From an uncultured Chloroflexia bacterium (GTDB taxonomy: Bacteria > Chloroflexota > Anaerolineae > Anaerolineales > UBA4823), in assembly GCA_963809805.1 (NCBI GenBank), contig CAWELB010000008.1, positions 446,356 to 510,355 on the forward strand: a stretch of DNA of 64,000 nt. The letters run 5' to 3'. Numbering within the stretch: the stretch's first letter is position 1; every line of letters starts with the position of its first letter. The translations under genes were made by a program, and so were the position numbers. Below, piece after piece: positions 54,321-63,268 of the stretch. A model generated the notes under the pieces. The model ran no database searches. It had not been told where the DNA came from and saw only the letters and a list, made by a program, of their open reading frames with translations.

Positions 54321-54908
54321 TCAAGGTTTGTTTAGAGTGTAGTCCTCCTGGGTATCTAGATCTTCCATGACGCTCGCTGTATCCACAACCAAATAGTCAA
54401 TGTCATTATTATTTTTATTTAGGAAATTATGCATCGTCATCGGCGGTACAAGATCGAGAATCTCTTGCCAGTAGGATTTATCCACCAACCAGGGATGGCC
54501 GCGATGCATCTTGAAGCTCGGGACGATTATCTTGGAATGTTTAGCTTGATACTCGTCCATGATTGCTCTGACAATGTTGGATTCGATCTGGGGCTGGTCA
54601 CCGAGCACGATTAACGCAGCAATTGATTCGCTCCCTAAACTTAGTAGCCCAACCTGCACCGACATAAGCATTTCACCATTGGCGAAGTCTTTATTAAATA
54701 TGGTATCAACCGGGTAATCCTTTAAAGCCTCTTTTAGCTCTGACATTGCCTTTCCCGATACCACGTGAATGTCTTTCATCCCAGCCTTAAGCAAAGAATC
54801 GACAACCTGGCCGATCACACTGGTAGTTCCCCATGGCATCAACATCTTTGGTTGACCCATGCGCCTGGATTGGCCTGCCGCTAAGACGATTGAAGAGATC
54901 ATATTCAT
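54321..54908 (-). CDS. MobA-like NTP transferase, probable molybdenum cofactor cytidylyltransferase (MocA-like)
   Basis: 195 aa. The N-terminal motif VLAAGQSRRMGQPKMLMPWG is typical of the MocA/NTP_transf_3 family. Shares a 4-nt overlap with the upstream gene. Confidence 0.7.
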   Translation of the reverse strand: MNMISSIVLAAGQSRRMGQPKMLMPWGTTSVIGQVVDSLLKAGMKDIHVVSGKAMSELKEALKDYPVDTIFNKDFANGEMLMSVQVGLLSLGSESIAALIVLGDQPQIESNIVRAIMDEYQAKHSKIIVPSFKMHRGHPWLVDKSYWQEILDLVPPMTMHNFLNKNNNDIDYLVVDTASVMEDLDTQEDYTLNKP

Positions 54909-56311
54909 TCCAGATCCTCCGGATATGCGCGTAGGAATTTTCGATAGTCTTCTGGCGAATCGATATCGAGTAAAATTTTCGGATCATGCCAGGGAACCCA
55001 TCTGACTTGATATTGCCCAAATAAAGCTCGACCGCCGATATCTCCCTCGAGTTGTAATAACTTTTCAAATGTGGAAACATCGAATAAGACAGGGTTACCT
55101 CTTTGCCCATCGATTTGTGGAGCAATAATGGGATTCAAAGTGGCTTCATGTGTTTCAACCAGGCTACGAATAAGTGCAGGAGGAATATGAGGTTGATCGG
55201 CTTGCATAAACACCACTCCTCCAATTCCCTTTGGTAGAGCTGTCACTCCAGCTTTTATGGATGTGCTCATACCAGTAGCCCATTCCTGATTATTGACTAT
55301 GCGCACAGGTAAATCTTTTATCGCCGATGTAACCTCCTCCGCCGACGCTCCGACGACCACGATCACCGGTGACAGACCTGCTTGTAAGGCAGTGATTGCT
55401 GCATGTCGGATCAGTGGAGCACCTTTCCACAATAATAGCTGTTTTGGCTCACCAAACCTGCTTGACCCTCCAGCGGCCATGATGATTCCCCCGATTTGTT
55501 CAATCACCGCATAAATTCCGATGCCTTTTTTATCGTTTTGAGCTTCATCGATTGCATCACTGTGGTTTATCCCGGTCAGAGAAGAAATAATTACTCTGGA
55601 GTAATCAGGGATAAGTTTTTTGCCTATCGTTCTTCCTGCGGACTGCAGTTCAGGGGTGTCAGCCTGGTTTAGAAGGACTATCCTTGTGGCAGTTGATGGA
55701 ATATTTTTCAAGCCGCCATCCACCGACAGTAATACTTTTACCACTGCCTCCTCAGTAACAGGCTCACCCATATGCAGGTTAGCTAGCTTAGCAAATTTCT
55801 GAGGGCGTTGGACCCAATTATTCGCTAAGGGTTTCCCCAATCCCATCAATCCCACCACGACAGCGACACATTGTGTAAAGTCAGGGATAGCCGGCTCGAA
55901 CTCGGCTGGTGCTTTGAGCGGATAATTGTGAGATCCATCTGCTTCTATAAGCAATGGTAGTCCATACTTTATCGCCAGCGAATGCAGCCTTGCTAATGTA
56001 CCGGATGGTAGACCATCTAGAAGATTATCTTTTTCACATCCTGAAAGAAGAACCACACCATTGGGTAACCCATTTTCCAATCGATCGATATCTGCTATCG
56101 AATGAATGGTAAGAAAATGATCTGCATATTGGGTTTGCCAGGCTCCTAAATGAGTGCTGGTGGTGACGAGAACACTCTTAATTGCTTGATCCCCCTTGGA
56201 CGAAATTAATAATTCTCTGGCAGTTCTGAAGATGGCCGTCGTTTTTCCGCCAGCACCCACATAGGCGATGCTGGTCATAGGGGAGCATCGAAACGCCTTG
56301 ATTAATAACAT
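54905..56311 (-). CDS. Fusion protein: YqeC-like selenium-dependent hydroxylase accessory domain + MocA-like nucleotidyltransferase domain
   Basis: 468 aa. The N-half carries the P-loop IAYVGAGGKTTAIF and has a YqeC-like length (~250 aa). The C-half starts IIMAAGGSSRFGEPKQLLLWKG (MocA signature). An alternative start MTSIAYVG lies at 56278. Confidence 0.6.
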   Translation of the reverse strand: MLLIKAFRCSPMTSIAYVGAGGKTTAIFRTARELLISSKGDQAIKSVLVTTSTHLGAWQTQYADHFLTIHSIADIDRLENGLPNGVVLLSGCEKDNLLDGLPSGTLARLHSLAIKYGLPLLIEADGSHNYPLKAPAEFEPAIPDFTQCVAVVVGLMGLGKPLANNWVQRPQKFAKLANLHMGEPVTEEAVVKVLLSVDGGLKNIPSTATRIVLLNQADTPELQSAGRTIGKKLIPDYSRVIISSLTGINHSDAIDEAQNDKKGIGIYAVIEQIGGIIMAAGGSSRFGEPKQLLLWKGAPLIRHAAITALQAGLSPVIVVVGASAEEVTSAIKDLPVRIVNNQEWATGMSTSIKAGVTALPKGIGGVVFMQADQPHIPPALIRSLVETHEATLNPIIAPQIDGQRGNPVLFDVSTFEKLLQLEGDIGGRALFGQYQVRWVPWHDPKILLDIDSPEDYRKFLRAYPEDLE

Positions 56312-56367
56312 GAAAATTCTGGAATGTCTCGGATACTTTTATAAACCAACGCTCGCTTCATCGAAGC

Positions 56368-57180
56368 TTAATTCCACAAATGAGGACGGAGCTCAGCCTT
56401 CGCCAGAATTGCTTCTAGAACTGCTCCGCCGATCGCCAGGGCTTTATCGGAGATATGATCACACAGCTGGGGATCACACCTTGGGTCAAGGTCTCCAATT
56501 TTCATTCCTTGGTGCGCCTCTACCTCGGGATGAATAATTCCCCTTAACACACCTTTGAAGGGCGCTGTGATAGGCTGTCCATTGATCTCAGCTATCTGTT
56601 CGCCCTCAAGGATGGTGTCGCCAATCGCCTTCAGCGAAATCACTCGTCCATCAATCGGTGCATAAAGCGCTCGATCGGATTTTTTATCACCGACCTGCTC
56701 AGGGACCCCACTATCGATTTGAGTGGGACCATCCCATATAACCCTTCCAAGCCAGGGTCCGCGCTGTGTTTCGATGGCTGCATGGCAGTTTGCCCCTCCA
56801 ATAAACCCCGGTCCTAAACCGATATAAAGCTTGGCTGTGTGATGCAGCGGTTCAGGGGCTGCTTTTAACATCCGGGCATCGACGATCACCGTTGGATGAA
56901 CTTCCTGGTGTGATTTCCCGTCCGGGTCGATGATTACCGGGATGCGCCCCTTGGATAGAAGCTGCAGGATTCGTAATGGGTCATCGATATCATTGACTCT
57001 TTTTGCAGTGATGCCCTCTATGGTTGTCTCACCCGAATATATCGCTTCACCAAAACTGACCAACCGTCTGACCGCCAGAGGTTTGGGTAATTCGGTGATA
57101 ACTACCCTGAATCCCGAATTATGCAGTCGAAATGCCACTCCACTAGCCAGGTCACCCCCACCGCGGATTAAGACGATCAT
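56368..57180 (-). CDS. YqeB/EF2563-family molybdenum hydroxylase maturation protein (family assigned from memory)
   Basis: 270 aa. The N-terminus MIVLIRGGGDLASGVAFRLHNSGFRVVITELPKPLAVRR matches my recollection of the YqeB-family signature. ATGA overlap with the Mo-subunit gene. Confidence 0.55.
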   Translation of the reverse strand: MIVLIRGGGDLASGVAFRLHNSGFRVVITELPKPLAVRRLVSFGEAIYSGETTIEGITAKRVNDIDDPLRILQLLSKGRIPVIIDPDGKSHQEVHPTVIVDARMLKAAPEPLHHTAKLYIGLGPGFIGGANCHAAIETQRGPWLGRVIWDGPTQIDSGVPEQVGDKKSDRALYAPIDGRVISLKAIGDTILEGEQIAEINGQPITAPFKGVLRGIIHPEVEAHQGMKIGDLDPRCDPQLCDHISDKALAIGGAVLEAILAKAELRPHLWN

Positions 57181-59366
57181 AATCTACCTAAACCTCTCAA
57201 GACGCGCTCAGGTGTAAGCGGGAATTCATAAAACCAGACTCCCGTAGCCTGGTGCACAGCATCGATCACAGCTGGAGCGAACGGCAAGAACGGCATTTCA
57301 GCCATTCCGCGGGCACCATATGGACCGATCGGGTCGGCATATTCCAGGATGACCGATTTGACTTGCGCAGGAACATCCTGGACGGTAGGGATTAAGTATG
57401 TGGATAAGAATGGGGTCAACACAAATCCGTCTCTCTGGATAAAATTTTCCAATATTGCATATCCGGATGCCTGGACAACACCACCTTCGATCTGCCCTTG
57501 AACATTCAATGGGTTCACCGCTCGTCCCACATCGTTAACCGAAATCACTTCGAGGAGGCGGATTAAGCCGGTTTCGATGTCCACCTCGAGTGTCACTCCC
57601 TGAGCAACATATCCATACGCAAAATTCGGCTCTGATTTTCCAGTCTGTGGATCCAGTGGAGTTGTGCGTGGTGGTCGATACTGGTATGTGGCGATTGCCG
57701 GTCTTTCTTCAGCTTTCCACTTAGCCAGTGCCAGCTCACAGGCACCTTTGATAGAATTTCCCGCCATAAACGTCATGCGTGATGCCGATGCACTGCCGGC
57801 ATCATCAGTGAATGCTGTGTCCGAGGCAATCAATCGAATTTTCTCAACCGGTAATCCCAAGGTTTCAGCCGCGATCTGAACCATGACCGTGTGTGATCCC
57901 TGACCAACATCCGCGCCGGCATGGTGCAGGATCGCCTGTTCTATCTCCGCCGCTCCCCTGAGCTCGATAGTGGCATAGGATTGTTCTGGTGCACCAAATG
58001 AAAATCCAATATTCTTAAAGGCACACGCCATACCTGTCCCCCGTAAAAGGTAAGGTTTCACCGAACCCTGGTGAGCCATCTTGGACTGGTTGATTTCCAC
58101 TTCACATTTATCCACCACTTTTCCGATGGTCACACCTTTTGGCAGCGGTGTACCTACAGACAGTAAGGCTCCTTCTGTAAGCACGTTCCTCTTGCGAATC
58201 TCAATCCGATCTATCCCGAGCTTTTCAGCCAGGCGATTCATCTGGGTCTCTGCAGCAAATGCTCCCTGTGGTCCGCCAAAACCTCTGAAAGCTCCATTGG
58301 GAAGGTTATTGGTGTAGACTGCATACGAGTCCACATTGACATTCGGGATTTCATAAGGTCCAGTACACATCAACGTAGCATTGCCCAATACCTTGGTGGA
58401 GGTATAAGCGTAAGCACCACCATCCGCAATCACCTCAACTTCAGCTGCCAGGATCTTGCCATCCTTGTTGGCTCCCCAGCGAGTTCGTAGTATATACGGG
58501 TGCCGTTTATGATGACCAATCACCGACTCCTCCCGGCTCCAAATGATCTTTACCGGTCGCTTAATCCCACGCTGGTGCAGCCTCCAGGCTGCGAGTGCTA
58601 ACACGATCTGAACTGACATATCTTCTCGACCGCCAAAAGCACCCCCAATGGCAGGATAGATTACCCTTACCTGGTCGAGCGGAATATTCAATGCATGCGC
58701 AATTTGACCCTGGTCTTCATGCGTCCATTGACCGGCTACTTGTACTGTAACCCGCCCCTCCTCATCGATATATCCCAGACCGGCTTCCGGCTGGAGATAA
58801 GCGTGCTCCTGGGCTGGTGTACGGTATTCACCTTCAATAATAACGTCTGCCTGAGCAAAACCATCCTCAACGTCCCCCTTTCGGATGCGGTAATGAACGA
58901 ATATATTCGTTCCTCGGTCAGGATGCAGGAGGATCGCATCTTCCTGCATTGCTTTTTCCATGTCGGTAAGGATGGGTAGATCCTCATATTCAACCTTGAT
59001 CAAATCGCGACCTTGTGCAGCCAGCTCCTCCGTCTCCGCCACCACCAAAGCCACCTGGTCTCCGATAAATCTCACTCGATCGGTATAAAGTTTGCTCGAA
59101 CCTGGTCCACATAATACCGGTTGATCGTTATAAATCAGTCCATACTCATTAACCGGCACATCTTTTGCCGTGAATGTGGCAATCACTCCTGGAAGAGCAT
59201 CCGCCTTTGACGTATCGATAGCTTTTACGATGGCGTGCGGTCGGGCAGCAAATAATATCTTCATATATGCTTGATGAGGTAGATTAATATCACCGGGGTA
59301 AAGTGTCTCCCCGGTTACTTTCCCCCTTGCATCGATCCGCTGAATCGGTTGGCCGATGATGGTCAT
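57177..59366 (-). CDS. Xanthine dehydrogenase/aldehyde oxidase-family molybdopterin-binding subunit
   Basis: 729 aa. It starts directly with the a/b-hammerhead region (IGQPIQRIDARGKVTGETLYPGD). The Mo-site region is GGAFGGRE, with GGPQGAFAAE and ARGMAEMP near the C-terminus. There is no fused 2Fe-2S or FAD domain. GGAG lies 6-7 nt upstream of the ATG. Confidence 0.9.
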   Translation of the reverse strand: MTIIGQPIQRIDARGKVTGETLYPGDINLPHQAYMKILFAARPHAIVKAIDTSKADALPGVIATFTAKDVPVNEYGLIYNDQPVLCGPGSSKLYTDRVRFIGDQVALVVAETEELAAQGRDLIKVEYEDLPILTDMEKAMQEDAILLHPDRGTNIFVHYRIRKGDVEDGFAQADVIIEGEYRTPAQEHAYLQPEAGLGYIDEEGRVTVQVAGQWTHEDQGQIAHALNIPLDQVRVIYPAIGGAFGGREDMSVQIVLALAAWRLHQRGIKRPVKIIWSREESVIGHHKRHPYILRTRWGANKDGKILAAEVEVIADGGAYAYTSTKVLGNATLMCTGPYEIPNVNVDSYAVYTNNLPNGAFRGFGGPQGAFAAETQMNRLAEKLGIDRIEIRKRNVLTEGALLSVGTPLPKGVTIGKVVDKCEVEINQSKMAHQGSVKPYLLRGTGMACAFKNIGFSFGAPEQSYATIELRGAAEIEQAILHHAGADVGQGSHTVMVQIAAETLGLPVEKIRLIASDTAFTDDAGSASASRMTFMAGNSIKGACELALAKWKAEERPAIATYQYRPPRTTPLDPQTGKSEPNFAYGYVAQGVTLEVDIETGLIRLLEVISVNDVGRAVNPLNVQGQIEGGVVQASGYAILENFIQRDGFVLTPFLSTYLIPTVQDVPAQVKSVILEYADPIGPYGARGMAEMPFLPFAPAVIDAVHQATGVWFYEFPLTPERVLRGLGRL

Positions 59367-59407
59367 AATTCACTCCATGAAAAATATGTCTTCACCAACT
59401 TCTGAAT

Positions 59408-59415
59408 ATTATACA
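59408..59415 (-). promoter_or_regulatory. Extended -10 element (TGTATAAT) upstream of the Mo-hydroxylase operon
   Basis: Minus strand reads TGTATAAT, ~41 nt upstream of the ATG at 59366 and directly downstream of the ABC operon terminator. Confidence 0.4.
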
Positions 59416-59430
59416 CTGCACTCTATCGCA

Positions 59431-59470
59431 ATATTAAAAAAATTTCCTCCCGACATTCTGGGAGGAAATT
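59431..59470 (-). terminator. Rho-independent terminator of the ABC exporter operon
   Basis: 11-bp stem AATTTCCTCCC (59441-59451) / GGGAGGAAATT (59460-59470) with an 8-nt loop. It is followed on the minus strand by TTTTTAATAT. Confidence 0.75.
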
Positions 59471-59496
59471 GTGATCACAAACAATATTAGATATCG

Positions 59497-61323
59497 TTAA
59501 TCAGCAGGTGTGGCAGGGGTCGGAGAGATAAATGGGTCGAATTCCTGTTCCCGCTCCTCACGGAATTGCTGAGTATACAGTCGATAGTAATGTCCTCTTG
59601 AACGCAATAGTTCTGCGTGGGTACCCATCTCGGTAATTCGACCATCTTCAACGACGAGGATCCGATTCGCCCGTTTGATGGTCGATAAGCGGTGGGCGAT
59701 GATAAAACTTGTTCGACCCTTCATTAAGTTTTCCATTCCACGCTGGATTAACGCTTCTGTCAATGTATCCACGGAGCTTGTGGCTTCATCCATAATGAAT
59801 ACATCCGGTGAAGCCAGGATTGCCCTGGCGATACTTACCAGCTGCTTTTGACCGACTGAAAGCAGGTTGCCACCTTCACCCACATTCTGGTCGTATCCCT
59901 TCTCAAAATTTTGGATGAAATCATGTGCTCCTGCCAGGATAGACGCATTTTCTACTTCAGTATCCGTCGCGCTCAAGCAGCCGTAGCGAATATTTTCACG
60001 CACCGTCCCTGAGAACAGGTGTGGGGTTTGTAACACGATCCCTACCCGTGATTGGATCCCGTGCATGGTAAATTCAGTGTAATCACGTCCATTAATGCAT
60101 ATGACTCCCCGTTTCGGTTCGTAAAAACGGCATAACAGATTGACGATCGTGCTTTTTCCACCGCCTGTAGGTCCGACCAGTGCAATCATCTCACCAGGTT
60201 TGATCTTCATGGAAAAATCCGTCAGTACTGGCTTTCCATCCTCATAAGTGAAATCGACATGATCAAACTCGATCTCACCTTTGATCGTCCCAGGATCAAT
60301 TGCGCCGGGTCGATCGAAGACTTCAGGGGCTGAGTCAAGTAAGGTGAAGATGCGTTCAGCTGATGCAATCGAATGTTGCATTTCTGCATAAACGCGGGCC
60401 AAATCTTGGATTGGCCACAACATGAAGGTCAGGTAGCTTACAAAAGCCTGGATACCACCGATGGTCATGACCCCGAGATTCGCTTGAGCACCGCCATACC
60501 AGACGATAAATCCCAACGCTATCGCAGATATGATTTGAACCGTGGGCAGGAATAATGCGGATAACCAGGCCGCGTGATAGCTGGCGCGGTACATATCATT
60601 CGTCAGGACCTTGAACTCATCAAGATTCTCAGCTTCTCTCCCCAAGGCTTTTACGACCTTCACACCGCTGATGTTTTCATTGAATGCCCCGGTGATTTTA
60701 GAATTCGCCCGGCGGGATTTACGAAACTCAACCAGGATGCGCTTGCGAAATTGGATCGCAATGGCCAGCAGAATCGGTATGGTCACCAGGACGATTAATG
60801 CCAGTCTCCAGTTGATGATCATCATAAATATGGTTGAAGTCAGGATATTCATCACCGCCCACGTGCTATCCACCAGGCCCCATGTGACCAGGTCTGAGAC
60901 GCGCCCTGAATCAGAGGTCACCCTAGCCATCAGCCGGCCAACAGATGTCTGGCTGTAATACGCTAAGGACAATTCTTGGAGATGGTTGAACATGGATTTG
61001 CGCAGGTCATATTGAATACGCTCACCTAACACACCCGCCAGGAAAATGAATGAAAACACGCATCCCGACTGGACCAGGATTAATCCACCATATAAACTTA
61101 AAATGCGGATCAAGGCCTGGCGATTCTGGGCGATAATACCTTGATCAATAATCCCCTTATTTAAATAGGTAAAAAACGCATCCAGGATTGATGTGAATGC
61201 GATCATGGTCCAAAACCCTACCACCCAACGCCAGTGGGTTTTTGTCAGTCCGAAAATCCGCCCAAGTGTCTTACCGGTAATCTGACTGGTATATTCGTCT
61301 TCTTCGAGCTCAATTTCTGCCAC
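59497..61323 (-). CDS. ABC exporter half-transporter (TMD-NBD), consensus-Walker-B subunit
   Basis: 608 aa. Six-helix TMD. Walker A GPTGGGKST, Walker B VFIMDEATS (catalytic Glu present), atypical signature LSVGQ, H-loop IAHRL. Confidence 0.9.
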   Translation of the reverse strand: MAEIELEEDEYTSQITGKTLGRIFGLTKTHWRWVVGFWTMIAFTSILDAFFTYLNKGIIDQGIIAQNRQALIRILSLYGGLILVQSGCVFSFIFLAGVLGERIQYDLRKSMFNHLQELSLAYYSQTSVGRLMARVTSDSGRVSDLVTWGLVDSTWAVMNILTSTIFMMIINWRLALIVLVTIPILLAIAIQFRKRILVEFRKSRRANSKITGAFNENISGVKVVKALGREAENLDEFKVLTNDMYRASYHAAWLSALFLPTVQIISAIALGFIVWYGGAQANLGVMTIGGIQAFVSYLTFMLWPIQDLARVYAEMQHSIASAERIFTLLDSAPEVFDRPGAIDPGTIKGEIEFDHVDFTYEDGKPVLTDFSMKIKPGEMIALVGPTGGGKSTIVNLLCRFYEPKRGVICINGRDYTEFTMHGIQSRVGIVLQTPHLFSGTVRENIRYGCLSATDTEVENASILAGAHDFIQNFEKGYDQNVGEGGNLLSVGQKQLVSIARAILASPDVFIMDEATSSVDTLTEALIQRGMENLMKGRTSFIIAHRLSTIKRANRILVVEDGRITEMGTHAELLRSRGHYYRLYTQQFREEREQEFDPFISPTPATPAD

Positions 61324-61332
61324 TATTCACTC

Positions 61333-63168
61333 TCACGACATACTCTTCGATATTTCCATCTCCAGTTCTTCATCGATTCGAGTTTGGAGATCGTAAATTT
61401 TCCGGTACATCCCTTCCTGCGTAACCAAATCCTCATGCTTCCCCATCTGGATGATCTTGCCTTTATCCATGACGAGAATGAGGTCTGCATTCATCACGCT
61501 CTGGATACGGTGTGCAATGATGAAGGTTGTGCGTTTCGGGGTGAGACCTTTTAATGCGTCCCGGATGGTTGCCTCGGTCTCTGTGTCCACTGAGGAAGTG
61601 GAATCATCCAGGATCAACAGGCGCGAGTCTTTCAATATGGTTCGAGCAATGGTCACGCGCTGTTTCTGACCACCAGATAGGGTTACACCCTTTTCACCCA
61701 CCAGGGTGTCATAATTTTTGGGGAAGGTGACAATCACATCGTGGATCGCGGCTGAGGCTGCTGCATCTTCCACTTCGAATTGTGGCACATCCCGACCCAC
61801 CCCATACGTAATATTCTCCCGGATAGAACGTGAGAACAGGAATGGTTCCTGCTCAACGATTCCCACCTGGCTGCGCAGAAATTCTCGTGGATAATCCTTC
61901 AGTTCGACCCCATCCAGCAATATGCTGCCTGTTGTGTATTCATAAAACCGGGGCAGCAAATTTACCAGTGTGGTCTTTCCAGAGCCGGTGGACCCCAATA
62001 ACGCCACGATCTGACCCGGTTGGCACGTAAAGCTGATATCCTCCAGGACTGGTGGGTTGTTTTCATAGGCAAATCCAACCTTCTCAAACTTCAGCTCTCC
62101 ACGAATTGGCTGGCTGGGTCGATAAATTCCTTCTGTCAAAGGCTCACGTTTTTGCTTAATGATCTCCATGACACGGCTGTATGACACCAGGCCGGTGGAA
62201 GTTTGTACAATCAATCTCCCAAGGTTTCTCATCGGCCATATCAGCCACCCCACCAACCCGGCATAAGCCAGGTAAGTCCCCACAGTAATCTGACCATTAA
62301 TCGCCATGGTTGCCGCGACGAAAAAGCCGGTGAGGGTTTGAAAACTGCAGACGATATCCGATACCGGCCAGAACAAGGACTGCATGGTGACTAATCTTCG
62401 ACCCCGGTTGTACTTCTCCCAATTCTCGGTATTGAACTTGTCAATCTCGTATTCCTGCCTGGCGAAAGCTTTGACTACACGAACTCCCGCCAGATTTTCC
62501 TGCAGCGTGGTGGAGAGAATCGCTTCCTGTTCCTGGTACTTTTCATACACCTTGGTGAGACGCTTAAAGAACCAGACAGAAGTCAAAATGATGATGGGAA
62601 CAATGATGATCGATATCAGTGCCAATTTGACGTTTAAATCCATAATCACGGCAAAGTTGATCACGAAAAGCAAGATGACCCGCCCTACTCCAATCGCTTG
62701 CTCACTGTAAAAACGCCGCAGGGCATCCACGTCGGAAGTACAACGCTCAATTAATTCCCCTGTGGGGGTTTTATCGTGGTAATTAAATTCCAGGCGTTGG
62801 ATATGATCGAATAGATAATTTCTTAACCGCCGGGTGATACTTTCGGCAGTAAAGGCTGCCAGCCTGCCGGAGAAATAGCTAAACGTGCCTTCCAGGGATG
62901 CCAACCCTAAAAATCCGAGCGCGATGATGATCAGGGTGCGGTTGAAATCGCCGCCTAACCCATAATTACCCTGCCCCAGGACGGTATCGATAAAATAACG
63001 CAGCAACAGAAATGTGGCAGTTTTTGAGCTAGCCGCGATCGCCAGGCTGATGGTGGCACCCGCATACTGTAAGCGGAATCCGCTCAGGATCCTCCACAAA
63101 CCTCTGATCCGGTTTGGGGTTAATGCCTGGCTGAAATCATATTCATGCGCTGGTGCTGCAGACTTCAA
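61333..63168 (-). CDS. ABC exporter half-transporter (TMD-NBD), degenerate-Walker-B subunit
   Basis: 611 aa. Walker A GSTGSGKTT, canonical signature LSGGQ, Walker B LLILDDSTS (Asp in place of the catalytic Glu). TTG start with GGGAGG 6 nt upstream. Confidence 0.9.
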   Translation of the reverse strand: MKSAAPAHEYDFSQALTPNRIRGLWRILSGFRLQYAGATISLAIAASSKTATFLLLRYFIDTVLGQGNYGLGGDFNRTLIIIALGFLGLASLEGTFSYFSGRLAAFTAESITRRLRNYLFDHIQRLEFNYHDKTPTGELIERCTSDVDALRRFYSEQAIGVGRVILLFVINFAVIMDLNVKLALISIIIVPIIILTSVWFFKRLTKVYEKYQEQEAILSTTLQENLAGVRVVKAFARQEYEIDKFNTENWEKYNRGRRLVTMQSLFWPVSDIVCSFQTLTGFFVAATMAINGQITVGTYLAYAGLVGWLIWPMRNLGRLIVQTSTGLVSYSRVMEIIKQKREPLTEGIYRPSQPIRGELKFEKVGFAYENNPPVLEDISFTCQPGQIVALLGSTGSGKTTLVNLLPRFYEYTTGSILLDGVELKDYPREFLRSQVGIVEQEPFLFSRSIRENITYGVGRDVPQFEVEDAAASAAIHDVIVTFPKNYDTLVGEKGVTLSGGQKQRVTIARTILKDSRLLILDDSTSSVDTETEATIRDALKGLTPKRTTFIIAHRIQSVMNADLILVMDKGKIIQMGKHEDLVTQEGMYRKIYDLQTRIDEELEMEISKSMS

Positions 63169-63206
63169 TGAAACCCTCCCGCGGGATATAGCAAACGCAA
63201 CCTAGG

Positions 63207-63235
63207 AGTTTACTAGAATCTACCGGGAATGTCAA
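63207..63235 (-). promoter_or_regulatory. Candidate promoter of the ABC exporter operon
   Basis: Minus strand reads TTGACA (63235-63230), a 17-nt spacer, then TAAACT (63212-63207). It lies ~40 nt upstream of the TTG start. Confidence 0.4.
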
Positions 63236-63257
63236 ACCACCTTGATAACCACCTTGA
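63236..63257. repeat. Direct repeat ACCACCTTGA-TA-ACCACCTTGA abutting the -35 element (possible regulator site)
   Basis: Two identical 10-mers at 63236-63245 and 63248-63257, spaced 12 bp centre to centre. They lie immediately upstream of the TTGACA box on the minus strand. Confidence 0.35.
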
Positions 63258-63268
63258 CGCCAGGTGAA

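Noticed and set aside
59367-59430. Molybdenum-cofactor riboswitch upstream of the Mo-hydroxylase operon. A cobalamin riboswitch upstream of the PduO-type gene was also considered.
   Set aside because: The available leaders are ~40 nt and ~30 nt. These are far shorter than those riboswitch classes, and no conserved riboswitch-like helices are visible.
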